Source of the DNA: an uncultured bacterium
GTDB lineage: Bacteria; Auribacterota; Erginobacteria; Erginobacterales; Erginobacteraceae
Length of the DNA: 64,000 nt
Direction: 5' to 3'
NCBI GenBank assembly: GCA_963822585.1
Contig: CAWGIE010000036.1
Coordinates: 32,001 to 96,000, forward strand
The stretch's first letter is position 1. Each line of letters begins with the position of its first letter. The notes below the pieces were generated by a model. That model did not search any database. It was not told where the DNA came from and saw only the letters and a list, made by a program, of their open reading frames with translations. Shown here one piece after another: positions 1 through 9,806 of this stretch. A program made the position numbers and the translations under genes.

Positions 1-3000
1 AAGGTTACAAACTGGGCGTCGGTGTTGCCGGCATTGGTCAGGGTCACCCGCCAGTACACGGTGTCGCCGGCGTCGGCGATGACCGGGTCGGTGGAAAGGG
101 GGCCCCCGGGGTCCCGGGTCTCGTTCCGTCCTTCCTTGACGATCTGGACGTCCATGTCGTTGAGATTGAGATCGGCCAGCGTTTCGTTGGTGGTACCAAA
201 CGCCCCGCAGGGAGTGAAAAAACCGGCCCGGGAGCGGAAAACCTGATCACCGGAGGGGAAGTCGCAATCGGCCTCGACCTCGAACCGGATCTGGACCCGG
301 GCACCGACGGGGAGATCGGCAAACTCGGGGACGTGGGTCTGGGCGGTCCACTGGTAGGGGTAGGTCTGGGCCGGCCAGTAGTCGGGATCCGGTGTGTCCG
401 TGTATCCCGTCCAGCCGGACCCGGCATTGTACCGGTACTCCGAACTCCCGCTCACATAATCGGCCCCGAGGGGGAGCTGCTCGCCGGCGTTAATATCATA
501 GATGTTGGTCTGCCCGCTGTTTCTGACCTCGAAAATAACCGGCGCGGTGCTGCAGAGGTCGACCGCCACCGGAAAGGTCGTCACCCCGAGCAGCCCCGGC
601 GGCGGAATGAGCACCAGGGACTCGGCCAGGTTGGAGGTCTGGCAGGACCCGGTGGTGAGGCAGCCCCATTCGGCATAGACTTCGTTGTTGAGGTGGTCGC
701 AGTTGTCGATATGAGCCCCCAGGGTCACGGTCACCGTTCCCCCGGCGACCAGGTCGTTGAAGTACCCTTCGCCGTCAAGGTCGGTGAGACCGTGCCAGGC
801 CGCGGTCAGGCTCTGGAAGTTCCAGGTGATCACCTGTCCGGACACGTCCTCGGGGGCAGGGACGCCGAAATAATAGGAGAGGTCGGTATCCAGAGTGTCA
901 ATCACCTCCAGGTTATAGGCGGCGCCGTCGCCGCCGTTGATCACGGTCAGGGACCACTCGGCGTAATCTTCGGTGGCATAGTAGGCCTCCGGCATCTTGA
1001 CCATCGATATGTTCCCTTCCCGGACCCACAGCGGCTGGTCCGGACCGGCGGAGACCGAGGACTCGCGGGGGATGGTCCCGTCATCGCAGCGGTCGTTGTA
1101 CTCGGCCTCGGCTTCGTACGTATAGACGCCGGCGGAGCAGGGCATCCGGAGGTCGACCAGGATGTTTCCCACCGCCGTCATGTCCCCGCTCCCGCCGCCC
1201 TGGGTGGAGAAGTCCCAGCGCAGTTCTCCCGGAGTCGAGGTGTCGGGCTCGAAGGCGAGGATGGCGCCCCCGCCGTCCTCGGTGAAGGTCCCGGTAAAAA
1301 CGGTGCTGCCGGGCATGTAGTAGTAGTTGTCGGTTCCGTCCCCGTCGGGATCGACGTCAAGAATCACCAGGAGATCGTAGGCGATGTACCCGTTCTTGGA
1401 GAGGGAAATGGTGTGCGTCTCGACGCCGCAGCGGTCGGTGATCGCGGGGCCGCTGAGGCCGATGCCCATCGAGGAACGATTGATGGTGACCGGGAGCCAG
1501 TTGCGTTCCTGGGAGCACCCGGCGATCGTCAGGTCGGACTCACTGTACACGGTCCCGGTGGAATCGTCGGCCTGGAAGGAGTAGACGATGACCAGCGATG
1601 AGGCACTGTCGGGAGAAGGGCAGCCGGGGGCGCTGTCCAGCCCTTCCAGGTAGACCTCGAAGACGCCCCCGGCCCCGGCGTTGTCGGAGACGTAGGTCTG
1701 ATAGTTGAAGCCGTCGACATAGACCGCGTCCAGGGAAGAATAGGCCTGGCTGAGGACCATGTCGTCGGTCATGGTCGAGCCGGCCCAGCTCGCGGGGAGG
1801 CCTGCTCCCCCCAGAGTATAGGTATTGGTGTAGGTGGCGAAGGTGCAGACCTCCACCGTTCCGGGACCCGCCCGTGTCCCGTCCACGTTGCAGGTGCCGT
1901 CGCAGCCCGGCGTGTCCTCGACGTAGAAAGTCTGGGAGTCGCTGTCCCCGGAGATCGTGCACAGGTGGCAGTCGGTCCCCCCGGTCACGGTGGCGGTGTT
2001 GGTATAGGGGCCGACCGCGGGGCCGACGCAGGGATCGGTCAGCCCCATCCAGAAAGTCGCGTTCCAGGTGTCGCCGTCGTTCAGTGTCGGGGTCCAGGTG
2101 ATCTCGTTTCCGTCGTCAACCCCACCGCCGGAGATGGTCTGAATTGTCCATCCGGGGGACGGATTGGGGTAATCGTCGGTGATGGTCGGGGTGAACCCGT
2201 CGGGGCCGGAGTAATTTACCGTAACAGTAAAGACAATGGTGTCGTTGCCGTTGACGATGCCGGGGTTGGATTTGGAGATGGAGAGCGAGGGCATCCCGGT
2301 CATCGAGACGGGATAGATCGCCACCGGGGGGGCGAAGGGGTTGTTGCACTGGTCGTCATAGAGGGGGAGCCAGAGGGTGTTCTGAGAATCCGGGTTCGGG
2401 GGGCAGGAGCCGTCCGGCCAGTCGATGTCGTAGGAGAAATAGACGGTGTCGTTGGCGGGGACCGTGCCGACGGTAAAATCACCCGCGGAGTAAACGGCCC
2501 CCGTCACGCCGGTGATCTCGTAACCAGTGGTATCAAGGGATGTGTCGAGCACCAGGTTGTAGGCGTCTCCCACTTCCGGGTCGGGAGAGCCGGGGTCGCC
2601 GTTGGTGACCGCCACGGTGATGGTGGTCTGCGTGCAGTAATCGATCCCGATCATCGACGGGGAGAGATCGAAACTGATATCCGGCGGTTTGAGCTGGTAG
2701 TCGATGGTGGCGGTGGCGGTCCCCGGCGGAACCTCGGTGGCGGTATCGAGGCAGATGGCGTCGGGAACGCTGGTCATCCCCTCGCAGCCGAAGGAGGCAT
2801 TAACGGCATTGTCGAGGCCGGTGCAGGCGTTGACCAGGGCGGTCAGGGTGATCCATTCCACGGCATCGGGGGCCATCTCGGCCAGACCGGGGATATCCGC
2901 CGCTGTCCAGTAGTAGGTCGATCCGATGGATGACCCCGGGGCGGGATCGGCGTCAACGTAGGAGATGCCGGCGCCGAAGGTATCCCGCACCATGACGTTC

Positions 3001-3602
3001 TTGATGCTTCCCAGGCCGCTGCTCTCGATCTTGATCGTGTAGGTGGTCCACTCCCCCCGGGAGGCCTCCTGGGTGACGGGGTTCTTGATGACGTTGATAT
3101 CGCCCGGGTAAACGGTCACGAACAGGGAGTCGGTGTCCGACTGATGGTTAGGCGCGGGGAAGTCGAAGTCAACCGTGAGGTCATTGTCCCCGCTGACGCC
3201 GGCGCAGTCGATCTCCAGGTTGAACTTGATATCGAGTGACTGGCCCGGCGTAAGATAAATGTCAGTGCCGGGTCCGAAGAGGGCGTCGAGGTCCCAGGTC
3301 AGATTATCGCCGGAGGGCGAAGGATTGGCGTTGCTGCCGGAAAGGGAGCCCGCGGGCGTGGTGATAACGGCGGAATCATCCTGAAAGACAAAGCCGTCGG
3401 GGGGCACCGTGTTGATGACGACGATGTTTTCGCCGGTAGCGGCCGCCCAAGAGGGGTTTCCCACCGTGATGTAGTAGGTGTCAGCCTCACACTGGTTGGC
3501 CGCCGTCTCACCGGTTATGGTGACGGTGAGCGGGAAAGCCGGGCCGGCCAGGATAAGGCCGGCCAGAAGCAGAATAGCAGAAAGAGAGCGAATATCCCTC
3601 AT
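1..3602 (-). CDS. Giant secreted DUF11/Ig-like repeat surface protein (3' partial, about 1200 aa inside the window)
   Basis: Manual translation from ATG 3602 (SD AAGGAG upstream): MRDIRSLSAILLLAGLILAGPAFP signal peptide, then open to the window edge; DUF11-like motifs (INVIKNPV..GEWTTYTIKI, LSISKS..GNDTIVFTVTV, IVKEG..GDTVYWRVTLTNAG), Thr/Asp/Gly/Cys rich. Absent from the ORF track because it has no stop in the window. Confidence 0.85.
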   Translation of the reverse strand, partial: MRDIRSLSAILLLAGLILAGPAFPLTVTITGETAANQCEADTYYITVGNPSWAAATGENIVVINTVPPDGFVFQDDSAVITTPAGSLSGSNANPSPSGDNLTWDLDALFGPGTDIYLTPGQSLDIKFNLEIDCAGVSGDNDLTVDFDFPAPNHQSDTDSLFVTVYPGDINVIKNPVTQEASRGEWTTYTIKIESSGLGSIKNVMVRDTFGAGISYVDADPAPGSSIGSTYYWTAADIPGLAEMAPDAVEWITLTALVNACTGLDNAVNASFGCEGMTSVPDAICLDTATEVPPGTATATIDYQLKPPDISFDLSPSMIGIDYCTQTTITVAVTNGDPGSPDPEVGDAYNLVLDTSLDTTGYEITGVTGAVYSAGDFTVGTVPANDTVYFSYDIDWPDGSCPPNPDSQNTLWLPLYDDQCNNPFAPPVAIYPVSMTGMPSLSISKSNPGIVNGNDTIVFTVTVNYSGPDGFTPTITDDYPNPSPGWTIQTISGGGVDDGNEITWTPTLNDGDTWNATFWMGLTDPCVGPAVGPYTNTATVTGGTDCHLCTISGDSDSQTFYVEDTPGCDGTCNVDGTRAGPGTVEVCTFATYTNTYTLGGAGLPASWAGSTMTDDMVLSQAYSSLDAVYVDGFNYQTYVSDNAGAGGVFEVYLEGLDSAPGCPSPDSASSLVIVYSFQADDSTGTVYSESDLTIAGCSQERNWLPVTINRSSMGIGLSGPAITDRCGVETHTISLSKNGYIAYDLLVILDVDPDGDGTDNYYYMPGSTVFTGTFTEDGGGAILAFEPDTSTPGELRWDFSTQGGGSGDMTAVGNILVDLRMPCSAGVYTYEAEAEYNDRCDDGTIPRESSVSAGPDQPLWVREGNISMVKMPEAYYATEDYAEWSLTVINGGDGAAYNLEVIDTLDTDLSYYFGVPAPEDVSGQVITWNFQSLTAAWHGLTDLDGEGYFNDLVAGGTVTVTLGAHIDNCDHLNNEVYAEWGCLTTGSCQTSNLAESLVLIPPPGLLGVTTFPVAVDLCSTAPVIFEVRNSGQTNIYDINAGEQLPLGADYVSGSSEYRYNAGSGWTGYTDTPDPDYWPAQTYPYQWTAQTHVPEFADLPVGARVQIRFEVEADCDFPSGDQVFRSRAGFFTPCGAFGTTNETLADLNLNDMDVQIVKEGRNETRDPGGPLSTDPVIADAGDTVYWRVTLTNAGNTDAQFVT

Positions 3603-3744
3603 GGGAATCTCCTTATTAAAATAAATATAATAAAAATGGCAAATAGACTTTATATAAATAGTTTATTTTATCCGTGATCAGTGAAGTAAGTCAAAGAAAG
3701 TTTCTGCCTGAGGAAAAAAAGATTATAGATACATGCTACCCACT

Positions 3745-3994
3745 ATAAATTAGCGCCTTCGGCGCTAATTTATGTGGACCCCCAATTTATTCAGTCGGGG
3801 GTCTGTTGGTTAAACTAAAATAGCCCCATCGAGGCGCTCGCACAAAAAAGCCTTCCAACCATTATCAAACATGAGCCTCCCGGGACATGATTTTATGTCA
3901 GCTTGAAGTATCCAGTTCTTAATTTTTCCATAGGAAAAATAAGATTATTGTGCGCCAGAGGCGCACCCCGATGAATATCGGGGAAATTCTGAAA
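3745..3994 (+). mobile_element. Gene-less cassette-like element (AAATTAGC hairpin left end; TTATTG^AAATTCTGAAA right end interrupted by two palindromes)
   Basis: Perfect hairpin 3745-3773; right end matches copies at 28077, 39346 and 49431 once the 15-bp and 18-bp palindromes at 3951-3983 are removed. Confidence 0.55.
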
Positions 3995-4048
3995 TATCTG
4001 TATACGGAATGCAGTGATCCGGGAAAAAATACGAGCAGGGAATACCGG

Positions 4049-4384
4049 TTATGAATCGATCAATCCCCGGTCATGGAATACCCGATAGATGGTCTTGATC
4101 GAACAGGGAAGGTCAAACCGTTCCTTAATGGCCCCGCCGCCCCACTTCGGCCGGTTTTTTTTCAGATCGACGATCCGGTTTTCAAGCTCGCTGGATATTT
4201 TATTCGCGATCCGGTGCGGCGCGCGGCTTAAGTCTTGCAATCCTTCTATGCCGTTTTCTTCATAGCGCCGCTTCCACTTGCGGACGGTTTTCCGGGTCAC
4301 GCCGTACTCCCGGGCGGCGTGACTGATGGAGAATCGGGCGGCCGTCTCCGCTATCATCATCCTATCTTTAACAGACTCATTCAT
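4049..4384 (-). CDS. HTH protein resembling the N-terminus of an IS481/IS630-like transposase (no catalytic domain)
   Basis: AAREYGVTRKTVRKWKRRYEENGIEGLQDLSRAPHRIAN..IVDLKKNRPKWG; stops after 111 aa, no DDE core. Confidence 0.75.
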   Translation of the reverse strand: MNESVKDRMMIAETAARFSISHAAREYGVTRKTVRKWKRRYEENGIEGLQDLSRAPHRIANKISSELENRIVDLKKNRPKWGGGAIKERFDLPCSIKTIYRVFHDRGLIDS

Positions 4385-4462
4385 TTTATTATTTTTACTT
4401 CGTAAAAATAATAGTTTTGATACTTTTGTCGGTAGGCATGACCGTATTTAAATTTAATTTAT

Positions 4463-4478
4463 TGCAAAAATCGTGCCA
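4463..4478 (-). promoter_or_regulatory. Sigma-54 promoter (-24/-12) facing the HTH gene and the giant surface protein
   Basis: Minus strand TGGCACGATTTTTGCA = GG-N10-GC consensus. Confidence 0.75.
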
Positions 4479-4529
4479 GATTATTCAAGCCTGTTTTTAT
4501 ACGGGAAAATGATTTCGGCGCTCTGAAAA

Positions 4530-4568
4530 CCGGCAGATATAGCCGGCACCCCGGCAGATATTGCCCGG
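4530..4568. promoter_or_regulatory. Candidate tandem enhancer (UAS) sites for the sigma-54 activator
   Basis: Two near-identical dyads CCGGCAGATATAGCCGG and CCGGCAGATATTGCCCGG about 50-90 bp upstream of the sigma-54 promoter. Confidence 0.5.
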
Positions 4569-4581
4569 TTTCGGGAGTTCA

Positions 4582-4610
4582 TTGACAGTAAAGAATTTTT
4601 TCGGTACACT
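4582..4610 (+). promoter_or_regulatory. Sigma-70 promoter of the CHASE2 kinase (probably leaderless transcript)
   Basis: TTGACA-N17-TACACT, then 7 nt to ATG 4618, no SD. Confidence 0.7.
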
Positions 4611-4617
4611 TCTCCCC

Positions 4618-7437
4618 ATGACGCTTCCCAGCCATCTTCTCCGGACCGTCCTGGTCAGCCTGGCGATCGCCTTTCTCCTCACCCTTCTCTACCTGGCCGG
4701 AGCCTTTGAAGAGGCCGAGAACCTCAGTTACGATGCCGTCATCAGGCTGGAAGGTGAACAGGCCAGAGCCGAAGCCCTGATCATGGTCGTAATCGACGAA
4801 TCCAGCCTCACCCAGCTGGGCCGCTGGCCCTGGCCGCGGGATTTGACGGCGGAACTCCTGAAGAAGATCTCGGAAGGCGGCCCGGCGGCGATCGGGGTGG
4901 ATATCGGCTTCTTCGAGCCCGATCTCCATAACCCCGAACACGATGAAAAACTGGTCGCGGTAACGGAAGAATCGGGACGGGTGATCCTCCCCGTTTACCT
5001 GGCCGATCAGCCGTCCCTGGGGGAGATTGTCGCCGTCCGGAAACCGTTCCCCGCCCTGTATGCGGCGGCCGCGGCGATCGGGCACGTTCACACCGAACCG
5101 TCACCGGATGGGGTGGTCCGCAAGGTGTATCTTCTCCAGGAATGCGGTGACGAATCGGTTCCGGCCTTCGCGGTCCGCTGCCTCGATCAGTACCTCGCCT
5201 CGACCGGTAAGGAGAATGCCGTCCGGTATGGGGAGAACGAGGTGCGGATCGGTAACATTCTCATACCCACCCTGAGCAGGCAGGCCGGCGACCGGGAGAA
5301 GGTGGCCGGCTTGATCGGCCAGGATCACCTCCTCTACATCCGTTTTGCCGGGCCGGCGGGGAGCTTCCTCCGCCTTCCGGCCTGGGAGGTGCTCACGCCC
5401 GACTTTCCCCGCCAGATCTTCCGGGAGAAGATCGTTCTCGTCGGCTCGACCGCCGCCGGGCTGGGTGATTTCTCCATGACCCCCCTCTCCGCCGAGCGGA
5501 ACCCCATGCCCGGGGTGGAGATCCAGGCCAATATTATTAACACCATCCTGACCGGGAACTTCATCACCAGGCCGCCGATGCTCCTGGCGGTAGCCCTGAT
5601 TTTTGCCTTCAGTCTGATCAGCGGCTGGTTTTTTTATACCTTGAGCACCCGGGGAGCGTTCGTGGTTTTTTTGCTTTTGCTCCTGGCAACGGCCGGGTTC
5701 TATCTGCTCTTTCTGCTCCGGTTCCGCCTCTGGATGGAGGTCTGGCCCCTGTTGGCCGCGGTTCTGCTCAATTACCTCACGGTCACCGCCCGCAAGCTCG
5801 GTTTTCTCTTCCGGTCTCTCGACGGGGAGATCGCCGCCCTGGACCGGATACAGAAGATCGCCCCTCCCCTCCCCGGGTCTCCGGGAGGAGAGCCGTTCTT
5901 CGCGGCTTTTTCCCCCTTTCTTTCTTCCCTGCTCGGGATCGATACCGCCTTTCTCCTGGCCCATGCCCCGGGGGACAAAAACCTGACCGTCCTCGAATCC
6001 TGGGGCGTGAAAGCCCCGGACGGCGCCGGGGAGAGTTTCCTCCCTCCTCCGGTCTTCCGAGAAATGGATGAGCCCCGGGAAGTTGCCTGTCCGCAGGTAC
6101 CCCGCTCGCTCTTTGGAGAGGGAGACATAAACGGGACCTGCCTGGTCATCCCTCTGGACGGAGACGGGAAGAGACTCGGTTACCTGGTGTCAGTGCGCGC
6201 TTCCGGAAGCCATTTCACCCCGGAGGAGATCTCGGCCGGGAGAACGGTCGCCTACCACCTCGGTCATGCCCTCCGAAAACGGGAAGAGTACACCCGCGCC
6301 CGGGAGGCGGGTGGAAGCGTCATCCACTTTTTTCATCCCGGAGGGATGGAGAGGAAAATTCTCAGCCTGGGACTGCTCTCCCGGGCGATCACCTATGAAC
6401 AGATCCTCCTCTCCTCCATGCTCGGAAGCATCGCGGACGGCGTTATCGTCTCCGACCTGCTCGGGAACATCCTCCTCGTCAATCCGCGGGCCCGGCGCAT
6501 CCTGGACGCCGGAGGAGAAAGAACCGGGGATTTCATCATCACGGACCTGCTGCGGAGGTTCCTCGCTCTCTCTCCCGGCCAGTTCGCCCCCCTTCTTTTG
6601 AGCATCATCACCGGCGGGGAAACGGTCACCCGGGAGATCACGGTAGCCGGGCGGATCTATCTTCTTTCCCTGACAGCGATCAGAAGGAAAGAAGGCATCC
6701 CGGGAGGGATCATGGCCGTCTTCACCGACATCACCTACCTCAAGGAACTGGACAGCCTGCGGGCGGAGACCATGGCCATGCTCTCGCATGAGATTAAAAA
6801 TCCCCTGTCCGGGATCATGTCTTTCTGCGATCTTTTCCTGGGCGGGGATCTGAAACCGGAGGAGATTTCTCATTATATTCATCTGATCAGGACCGCGGTG
6901 AGCGGGCTCAATACCCTGGTCGGCGACTATCTGACAGTGACCCGACTGGAATCCGGCGTCCAGGTCCCGGGCCTGACCTCCCTCAACCTGGCCGGGGTGG
7001 CACACGAATCGATTGACCTCCTCGCGCCCCGGGCCCGGGAAAAAGGGATCGAGATCGAGAGCGACCTCCCCCTCGCCCTGCCCGAGATACCAGGTGACGA
7101 GACCATGCTCCGCCAGGTCTGCAACAACCTGATCGGGAACGCGATTCAGTACAGCCCCTCCGGTACCCGGATCACGGTCACCGTCTCCCCGGGCCCCGAC
7201 CGGGTTGTGCTCCGGGTCGCCGACCGGGGGTACGGAATCCCGGAAGAGGACCGGGAGAAAATTTTCGAAAAGTTCTACCGGGGCGGCAGAACCCGGAAGA
7301 TAACGGGAACGGGCCTGGGGCTCACCATCACCAAAAAAATCGTTGAGAGGCACGGGGGAGAGATCTCCGTGGATGAAAGACCGGGAGGGGGATCGGTTTT
7401 TTCAGTTGTATTCCCGGTGGGGAACGGTGATCAGTGA
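4618..7437 (+). CDS. CHASE2-domain sensor histidine kinase (CHASE2-TM-GAF-PAS-HisKA-HATPase)
   Basis: IDESSLTQLGRWPWPR and MPGVEIQAN CHASE2 motifs, 3 TM segments, SHEIKNPL H-box, NLIGNAIQY, DRGYGI, GTGLGL. Start moved from 4561 to ATG 4618. Confidence 0.92.
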   Translation: MTLPSHLLRTVLVSLAIAFLLTLLYLAGAFEEAENLSYDAVIRLEGEQARAEALIMVVIDESSLTQLGRWPWPRDLTAELLKKISEGGPAAIGVDIGFFEPDLHNPEHDEKLVAVTEESGRVILPVYLADQPSLGEIVAVRKPFPALYAAAAAIGHVHTEPSPDGVVRKVYLLQECGDESVPAFAVRCLDQYLASTGKENAVRYGENEVRIGNILIPTLSRQAGDREKVAGLIGQDHLLYIRFAGPAGSFLRLPAWEVLTPDFPRQIFREKIVLVGSTAAGLGDFSMTPLSAERNPMPGVEIQANIINTILTGNFITRPPMLLAVALIFAFSLISGWFFYTLSTRGAFVVFLLLLLATAGFYLLFLLRFRLWMEVWPLLAAVLLNYLTVTARKLGFLFRSLDGEIAALDRIQKIAPPLPGSPGGEPFFAAFSPFLSSLLGIDTAFLLAHAPGDKNLTVLESWGVKAPDGAGESFLPPPVFREMDEPREVACPQVPRSLFGEGDINGTCLVIPLDGDGKRLGYLVSVRASGSHFTPEEISAGRTVAYHLGHALRKREEYTRAREAGGSVIHFFHPGGMERKILSLGLLSRAITYEQILLSSMLGSIADGVIVSDLLGNILLVNPRARRILDAGGERTGDFIITDLLRRFLALSPGQFAPLLLSIITGGETVTREITVAGRIYLLSLTAIRRKEGIPGGIMAVFTDITYLKELDSLRAETMAMLSHEIKNPLSGIMSFCDLFLGGDLKPEEISHYIHLIRTAVSGLNTLVGDYLTVTRLESGVQVPGLTSLNLAGVAHESIDLLAPRAREKGIEIESDLPLALPEIPGDETMLRQVCNNLIGNAIQYSPSGTRITVTVSPGPDRVVLRVADRGYGIPEEDREKIFEKFYRGGRTRKITGTGLGLTITKKIVERHGGEISVDERPGGGSVFSVVFPVGNGDQ

Positions 7438-7578
7438 TCGGTAATCGGTAATCGGTAACCAGTGATCGGTAATCGGTAACCAGTGATCAGTAATCGGTAA
7501 CCAGTGATCAGTAATCGGTAACCAGTGATCAGTAATCGGTAATCAGTGATCAGTAATCGGTAATCGGTACATCGGTAA
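7425..7578 (+). repeat. Tandem heptamer array (CGGTAAT/CAGTGAT/CGGTAAC), about 22 units, overlapping the kinase stop codon
   Basis: Directly visible 7-bp periodicity. Confidence 0.9.
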
Positions 7579-7707
7579 AAAATGGTGGCGAATTATCTAT
7601 TGTTTGATAAAATATTAGGAAAAATTTGCAGTACCATATTATTTTTTCCTTCCCCGATTAAAACGTCGGGGCGGAGCGAAAAATAATAGTCGGAATATAA
7701 TCAAATT

Positions 7708-7811
7708 TGCCACAGAGATACAAAAACACAAAGACACTTAAGAAATACATCAAACATAAGAAAAAGTATATTTTTAACATATTTTCTTTGTGCCTTGGTG
7801 TCTTGGTGGCA
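7708..7811. repeat. Inverted-arm element of 8-mers (CCACAGAGA..CACAAAGACAC / CTTTGTGCCTTGGTGTCTTGGTGGC)
   Basis: Arms are reverse complements around an AT-rich core; sibling at 41641-41733. Confidence 0.7.
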
Positions 7812-7833
7812 TAAGTTGTGGAGATGCTTTTCA

Positions 7834-9201
7834 GTGGATCGGGACACGAAAATTCTGGTCATCGATGACGACCTCTTCAGCTTGAAGCTGATCGAGAATC
7901 GCCTGAGAGCAACCCCCTACCGGGTCACCACGGTTACCGACCCGGAAGAAGCCCTCACTCTTCTCAGGGAAAACGGGTACGATCTCGTTCTCTCGGACAT
8001 CCGGATGCCCGGGCTCGACGGCTTCGAGATACTGAAACACGTCGCTCTCAATTACCCCGGCCTCCCGGTAATCATGATCACCGCCCACGGCACCATCTCC
8101 GACGCGATCCGGGCGATCCGGGAGGGCGCCTACGATTACCTGACCAAGCCTCTGGATAAAGAGGACCTGCTTCTGAAGATCGAACGGGCAATTCGGCACT
8201 ACCGGCTCTGGATAGATAACCAGGGGCTGCGCCGCGAGCTGGCGACCCAGTATGGCCTGGAAAATATCATCGGACACAGTAAGCCGCTGAAAGAGGTGTT
8301 CCGGAAGGTGGCGAAAGTGTCTCCGACCAGCGCCACCGTGCTGATCACGGGCGAGAGCGGAACCGGAAAAGAACTGCTGGCCCGAGCGATCCACTACAAC
8401 AGCCCCCGAAAGGATCAGCCCTTCATCCCGGTCGACTGCGCCGCCATCCCGGGAACTCTTCTGGAAAGTGAACTTTTCGGGCACGCGAAAGGAGCTTTTA
8501 CCGGGGCCTACAAGGATCGCCCGGGCGCGTTTGAAACCGTCGGGGAGGGTACCCTTTTCTTCGACGAGATCGGAGACATGGACATCACCCTGCAGAGCAC
8601 GCTCCTCCGGGCGCTCCAGGAACGGGTCTTCAAGCGGGTGGGGGAAAATAAAGTTCGGCGGCTCGAGGCGCGGCTGCTCTTCGGGACCCATGCCGATCTG
8701 GCCGCAGCGGTGAAGCAGAAAGGGTTCCGGGAGGATCTCTATTACCGGATCTCCGTGATCCCGATCCATCTCCCCCCTCTCCGCGAGCGTCGCCTTGATA
8801 TTCCCCTTCTCATCAAGCACTTTCTTGAACTCTCCTGCCGGAGAAACTCGATCCCGGGCAAAACCATCGAGCCCGCCGCGATCGATGCCCTGGTCCGGGC
8901 CCCCTGGAAGGGCAACGTCCGGGAGTTGGAGAACGTGATCGAGAACCTGGTCGTGATGAGCGAAGGCGACCGGATCAGCCTCCAGGACCTGTCGCCCTCA
9001 CTGAAGATGAATATCATGATCGAACCGGAGTCCCGGCCAACCGCCGGCAGCAGGGAACTGGCCGTTGTCGAGAAGGAGCATATCCTCCGGGTTCTGGAGA
9101 TGGAGGGGGGGAACCGTTCCCGAACGGCCCGGATACTGGGCATCAGCCTGAGGGGCCTCCGCTATAAGCTCAAGGCCTATGCCGAACAGGAAATGAAATG
9201 A
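7834..9201 (+). CDS. Sigma-54-dependent response regulator (NtrC/AtoC family)
   Basis: REC domain (LSDIRMPG), GESGTGKE, GAFTGA, FFDEIG, Fis-type HTH; GTG start at 7834 after GGAG. Confidence 0.95.
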   Translation: MDRDTKILVIDDDLFSLKLIENRLRATPYRVTTVTDPEEALTLLRENGYDLVLSDIRMPGLDGFEILKHVALNYPGLPVIMITAHGTISDAIRAIREGAYDYLTKPLDKEDLLLKIERAIRHYRLWIDNQGLRRELATQYGLENIIGHSKPLKEVFRKVAKVSPTSATVLITGESGTGKELLARAIHYNSPRKDQPFIPVDCAAIPGTLLESELFGHAKGAFTGAYKDRPGAFETVGEGTLFFDEIGDMDITLQSTLLRALQERVFKRVGENKVRRLEARLLFGTHADLAAAVKQKGFREDLYYRISVIPIHLPPLRERRLDIPLLIKHFLELSCRRNSIPGKTIEPAAIDALVRAPWKGNVRELENVIENLVVMSEGDRISLQDLSPSLKMNIMIEPESRPTAGSRELAVVEKEHILRVLEMEGGNRSRTARILGISLRGLRYKLKAYAEQEMK

Positions 9202-9602
9202 ACAGCCGGCGGTTTGCCCTACTCCTGGTCGCCCCCCTCCTCATCTCTCCGGCTACCGGTGGATCGACGGCGCGGGGAGAAAGTCTGCAGCCGATCCGCC
9301 TCCCCCCTCCCCCTCTCCGCTTGCTTCAGCCGCTGGACCGGGAGGTCATCCTGAAGCCGATCGCGGAAAAAGAGTTCTCCTGGACCCCGGTTGAGAAGGC
9401 GGTCCTTTACCATCTGGAATTTTCCACCGACCAGGAGTTCCGGGTCCTGATTCTTGACGCCTACCCGACCGGTAATTCATTCACGATCAAGGAGCTGCCG
9501 GAAGGCACCTTTTACTGGCACGTCAGTTCCCTTAATGAGGAAGGGTTGGAAGGAAAGTTCGGTTCCGCATTCTCCTTTTTTTATCCCCGCCGGGCCCGCT
9601 AA
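9198..9602 (+). CDS. Secreted fibronectin type III/Ig-like single-domain protein
   Basis: Signal peptide; FSWTPV..YHLEFS..LPEGTFYWHVSS..G.EGKFG pattern; overlaps the regulator stop (ATGA). Confidence 0.7.
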   Translation: MNSRRFALLLVAPLLISPATGGSTARGESLQPIRLPPPPLRLLQPLDREVILKPIAEKEFSWTPVEKAVLYHLEFSTDQEFRVLILDAYPTGNSFTIKELPEGTFYWHVSSLNEEGLEGKFGSAFSFFYPRRAR

Positions 9603-9727
9603 TAGTGCATTTTTTTCCCAATCATCGATACAAGCCACAGCAAAAAACGATTTCTCTTATCCAGTCCCTTCCCCGTATTCACTTGACAGCCAGACGATTG
9701 CGACTTTTATATTCTCTGCCTTAATAC

Positions 9728-9743
9728 TGGCATGCGATTTGCA
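9728..9743 (+). promoter_or_regulatory. Sigma-54 promoter upstream of the LysM-FecR gene
   Basis: TGGCATGCGATTTGCA = GG-N10-GC. Confidence 0.7.
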
Positions 9744-9806
9744 GTATGAACAGGCAGCAGTTATAAAAGTGAATGCGGACAGGGAAATGGCCTCGGAGTA
9801 TCCGAT

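Noticed and set aside
333..2933. Long plus-strand ORFs (422 aa, 322 aa)
   Set aside because: Antisense shadows of the giant minus-strand gene; the same applies to most antisense ORFs in the track
7425..7578. Iterons or CRISPR
   Set aside because: Simple 7-bp periodicity without spacers or a rep gene
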